From contig CAITYL010000021.1 of NCBI GenBank assembly GCA_903896595.1, positions 852 through 64,851 on the forward strand: a stretch of DNA of 64,000 bases, written 5' to 3'. The notes under the pieces were generated by a model, which saw nothing but the letters and a program-made list of their open reading frames with translations, did no database searches and was not told the DNA's origin. The position numbers and the translations under genes are program-made. This document shows positions 62,630 to 64,000 of this stretch, one piece after another; within the stretch, counting starts at the first letter, position 1, and each line of letters starts with the position of its first letter. The stretch is from an uncultured Lentisphaerota bacterium (GTDB lineage: Bacteria > Verrucomicrobiota > Lentisphaeria > Oligosphaerales > CAITYL01).

Positions 62630-63727
62630 TTATGCCACCGCCCCGTAATTCTCCAACAACCGCCGCGCCGCCGGTTCCTCGGCCGGGGTGCAACCGCCGA
62701 TCATGATGATGCCCTTGGCGCTGCCCAGTTGTCCGGCCAGGGCGTCCAGCGCCCCCAGGCCCAGTTCGGACTGGCCAGTGAAGAACTGGATCAGCTTGCC
62801 GGCGTCACGGATCTTGCGGTAGACCTCCGGCCAGTGCTCGATGCCGGGCTGGCCGGCGCCGGGCACCCATTGGATGCCCTTGAGTTCCGGAATGCTCAGC
62901 AGCGCGTCGAGGTGCGGCAGCTCGCCCGGACCGTCGAGGTGATAGAAGGCGTTCCCGAGTTTCTGGCAAGTCGCGGCCAGTTCGGGCTTGACGAATTCGT
63001 TGAACATCTCGGGGCCGATCATGTAGCTGAAGTCGCACTGCAACATGTAATAGGGCGTCTCGGAATAGATCGGCGTCCAGGCGCTGAAACCGGGATGGCC
63101 CGGCGGCTGGAGCTGGGAAAAGTGCTGGTAGTAGCGCCACCACAGCTCGTGCAGCTCCCAGGTCCGGGCCTTGACCGCTTCCGGATCGTCGTAGAGGTCC
63201 AGCAACAACTGTTCACTGGGGCGGAACGAGGCCAGCAGGTCCAGACTGCCGCCGAGGTCCGGCAGCCCCACCAAAACCTGATCCCCCCAACGCTCGCCGG
63301 CGGCGCGGACCAAGTCGCTGATCCGCCGCAGCCACGGGTTGGCCGGGTCCAAGGCGAAGCGCCGTTCCGCGACGGACTTCTCCTCCCGCGGATGGAACCA
63401 CACGGTGTTCTCGCCGTTCTCCAGGGTCGCGCCGAGAAATGCCGCGATTACGCCGGGGCCGAAGTTGGGGAACACCGTGGGAAAGGCATCGCCCAGCCAG
63501 CGCTGGCCGGACAGCTGGTAGTCCCAGGCGTCCACCATGGCCTCGGCGCTTACCGTGGCGTCGTACATGGACTGGAAGGCGCGGGCGGGTTGCGCCGCCG
63601 GGGGCCGGCCGGGCGTCGCCCCGTCCACGGTCAGGTGGATGAGCGGCCGCTCCAAGGCGCCCGCCCACCATTGGCGGTAGGTGTCCCGGATCCTGGCCCA
63701 GTCCGCGGCTGTGAAGTGAATCGGCAT
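62630..63727 (-). CDS. uroporphyrinogen-decarboxylase (URO-D)-like TIM-barrel family protein (function unknown)
   Basis: 365 aa from ATG 63727 (MPIHFTAADW). FPNFGPGVIAAFLGATLE and HLDGPGELPHLDALLSIPELKGIQW resemble URO-D/MtaA-like family members. The 5' extension in the ORF track crosses a repeat. Confidence 0.45.
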   Translation of the reverse strand: MPIHFTAADWARIRDTYRQWWAGALERPLIHLTVDGATPGRPPAAQPARAFQSMYDATVSAEAMVDAWDYQLSGQRWLGDAFPTVFPNFGPGVIAAFLGATLENGENTVWFHPREEKSVAERRFALDPANPWLRRISDLVRAAGERWGDQVLVGLPDLGGSLDLLASFRPSEQLLLDLYDDPEAVKARTWELHELWWRYYQHFSQLQPPGHPGFSAWTPIYSETPYYMLQCDFSYMIGPEMFNEFVKPELAATCQKLGNAFYHLDGPGELPHLDALLSIPELKGIQWVPGAGQPGIEHWPEVYRKIRDAGKLIQFFTGQSELGLGALDALAGQLGSAKGIIMIGGCTPAEEPAARRLLENYGAVA

Positions 63728-63842
63728 GGGGTGCTTCCCTCGTGTTTGCGTCCTGCGGTGACGATGAAATTTCGCACCGGTGTTCCGGATGTTCCTGCGG
63801 TTTTTCACCACCGAACGTGCAGAGGTGAATAAGGCGGCCCAA

Positions 63843-63915
63843 GTTTGTTGTACCGACTTTAGTCGGGGCTGTTGCCTTGCGGCCCAACCCCGCCGGCTGA
63901 AGCCGGTACAACAAA
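63843..63915. repeat. repeat family C, copy 2 (inverted)
   Basis: gtttgttgtaccgactttagtcggggctgttgccttgcggcccaaccccgccggctgaagccggtacaacaaac. Confidence 0.85.
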
Positions 63916-64000
63916 CGGGAGCCCCATGGACTTTTCCTGTGGGCAACTGTCTTCCTGACGCCCGTTAGGGCTCAATGCCTCACCCCTTGGCGCCCATCAG

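Noticed and set aside
63980-64000. Possible 3' end of a minus-strand gene at the right edge (…LMGAKG-stop)
   Set aside because: Only six codons are visible and an alternative frame also stops nearby, so it cannot be supported.

Overview
High-GC bacterial chromosome segment. It probably comes from a PVC-group organism (Lentisphaerota, Kiritimatiellota or Verrucomicrobiota). The basis is three prepilin-type FTLIELL proteins (two with an exact C-terminal H-X9-DG motif, one H-X10-DG), two PEP-CTERM proteins and about ten glycoside-hydrolase-type genes. No search tool was run, so every family name comes from motifs I read in the translations.

Gene content, left to right:
- 1-8.3 kb: a minus-strand sugar-acid or deoxy-sugar catabolic operon under a GntR/FadR regulator. 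It holds an amidohydrolase, a class-III aminotransferase, a cytoplasmic BNR sialidase-like protein, an aldo/keto reductase, an SDR, an HpcH aldolase and a Gfo/Idh/MocA oxidoreductase.
- 8.4-11.8 kb: a recent tandem duplication of a TIM-barrel glycoside-hydrolase-like gene.
- 12.5-19.1 kb (plus strand) and 42.0-35.4 kb (minus strand): two independent copies of the same cassette architecture. The order is sugar regulator, PEP-CTERM protein, short periodic repeat array, H-X9-DG pseudopilin, hairpin-module element, secreted multidomain glycoside hydrolase. I consider this the best candidate for an undescribed glycan-acquisition system.
- katG follows the first cassette.
- 21.5-25.8 kb: an accessory islet with an ATPase fused to a PD-(D/E)xK nuclease-like domain, a SEC-C protein, a gene remnant and a ParE-type toxin-antitoxin pair.
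- A further run of glycoside hydrolases: GH106-like, GH32-like, GH29, GH63-like and GH78.
- 42.1-47.7 kb: a lower-GC defence-type island with two unknown proteins, an ATPase-DUF234 protein and an AbiL-like pair (AAA_21 ATPase plus RloB).
- vapBC fused with no gap onto priA.
- A divergent xylose-isomerase-like gene.
- An envelope glycosylation operon: double-DUF4159 protein, GT4, epimerase, GT39-like.

Nearly every intergenic spacer longer than about 100 bp is filled with a mosaic of short hairpin modules and unusual 9-10-nt periodic word arrays arranged as inverted arms. Several of these families occur two to four times in the window. I found no rRNA, tRNA, CRISPR array, transposase or integrase.
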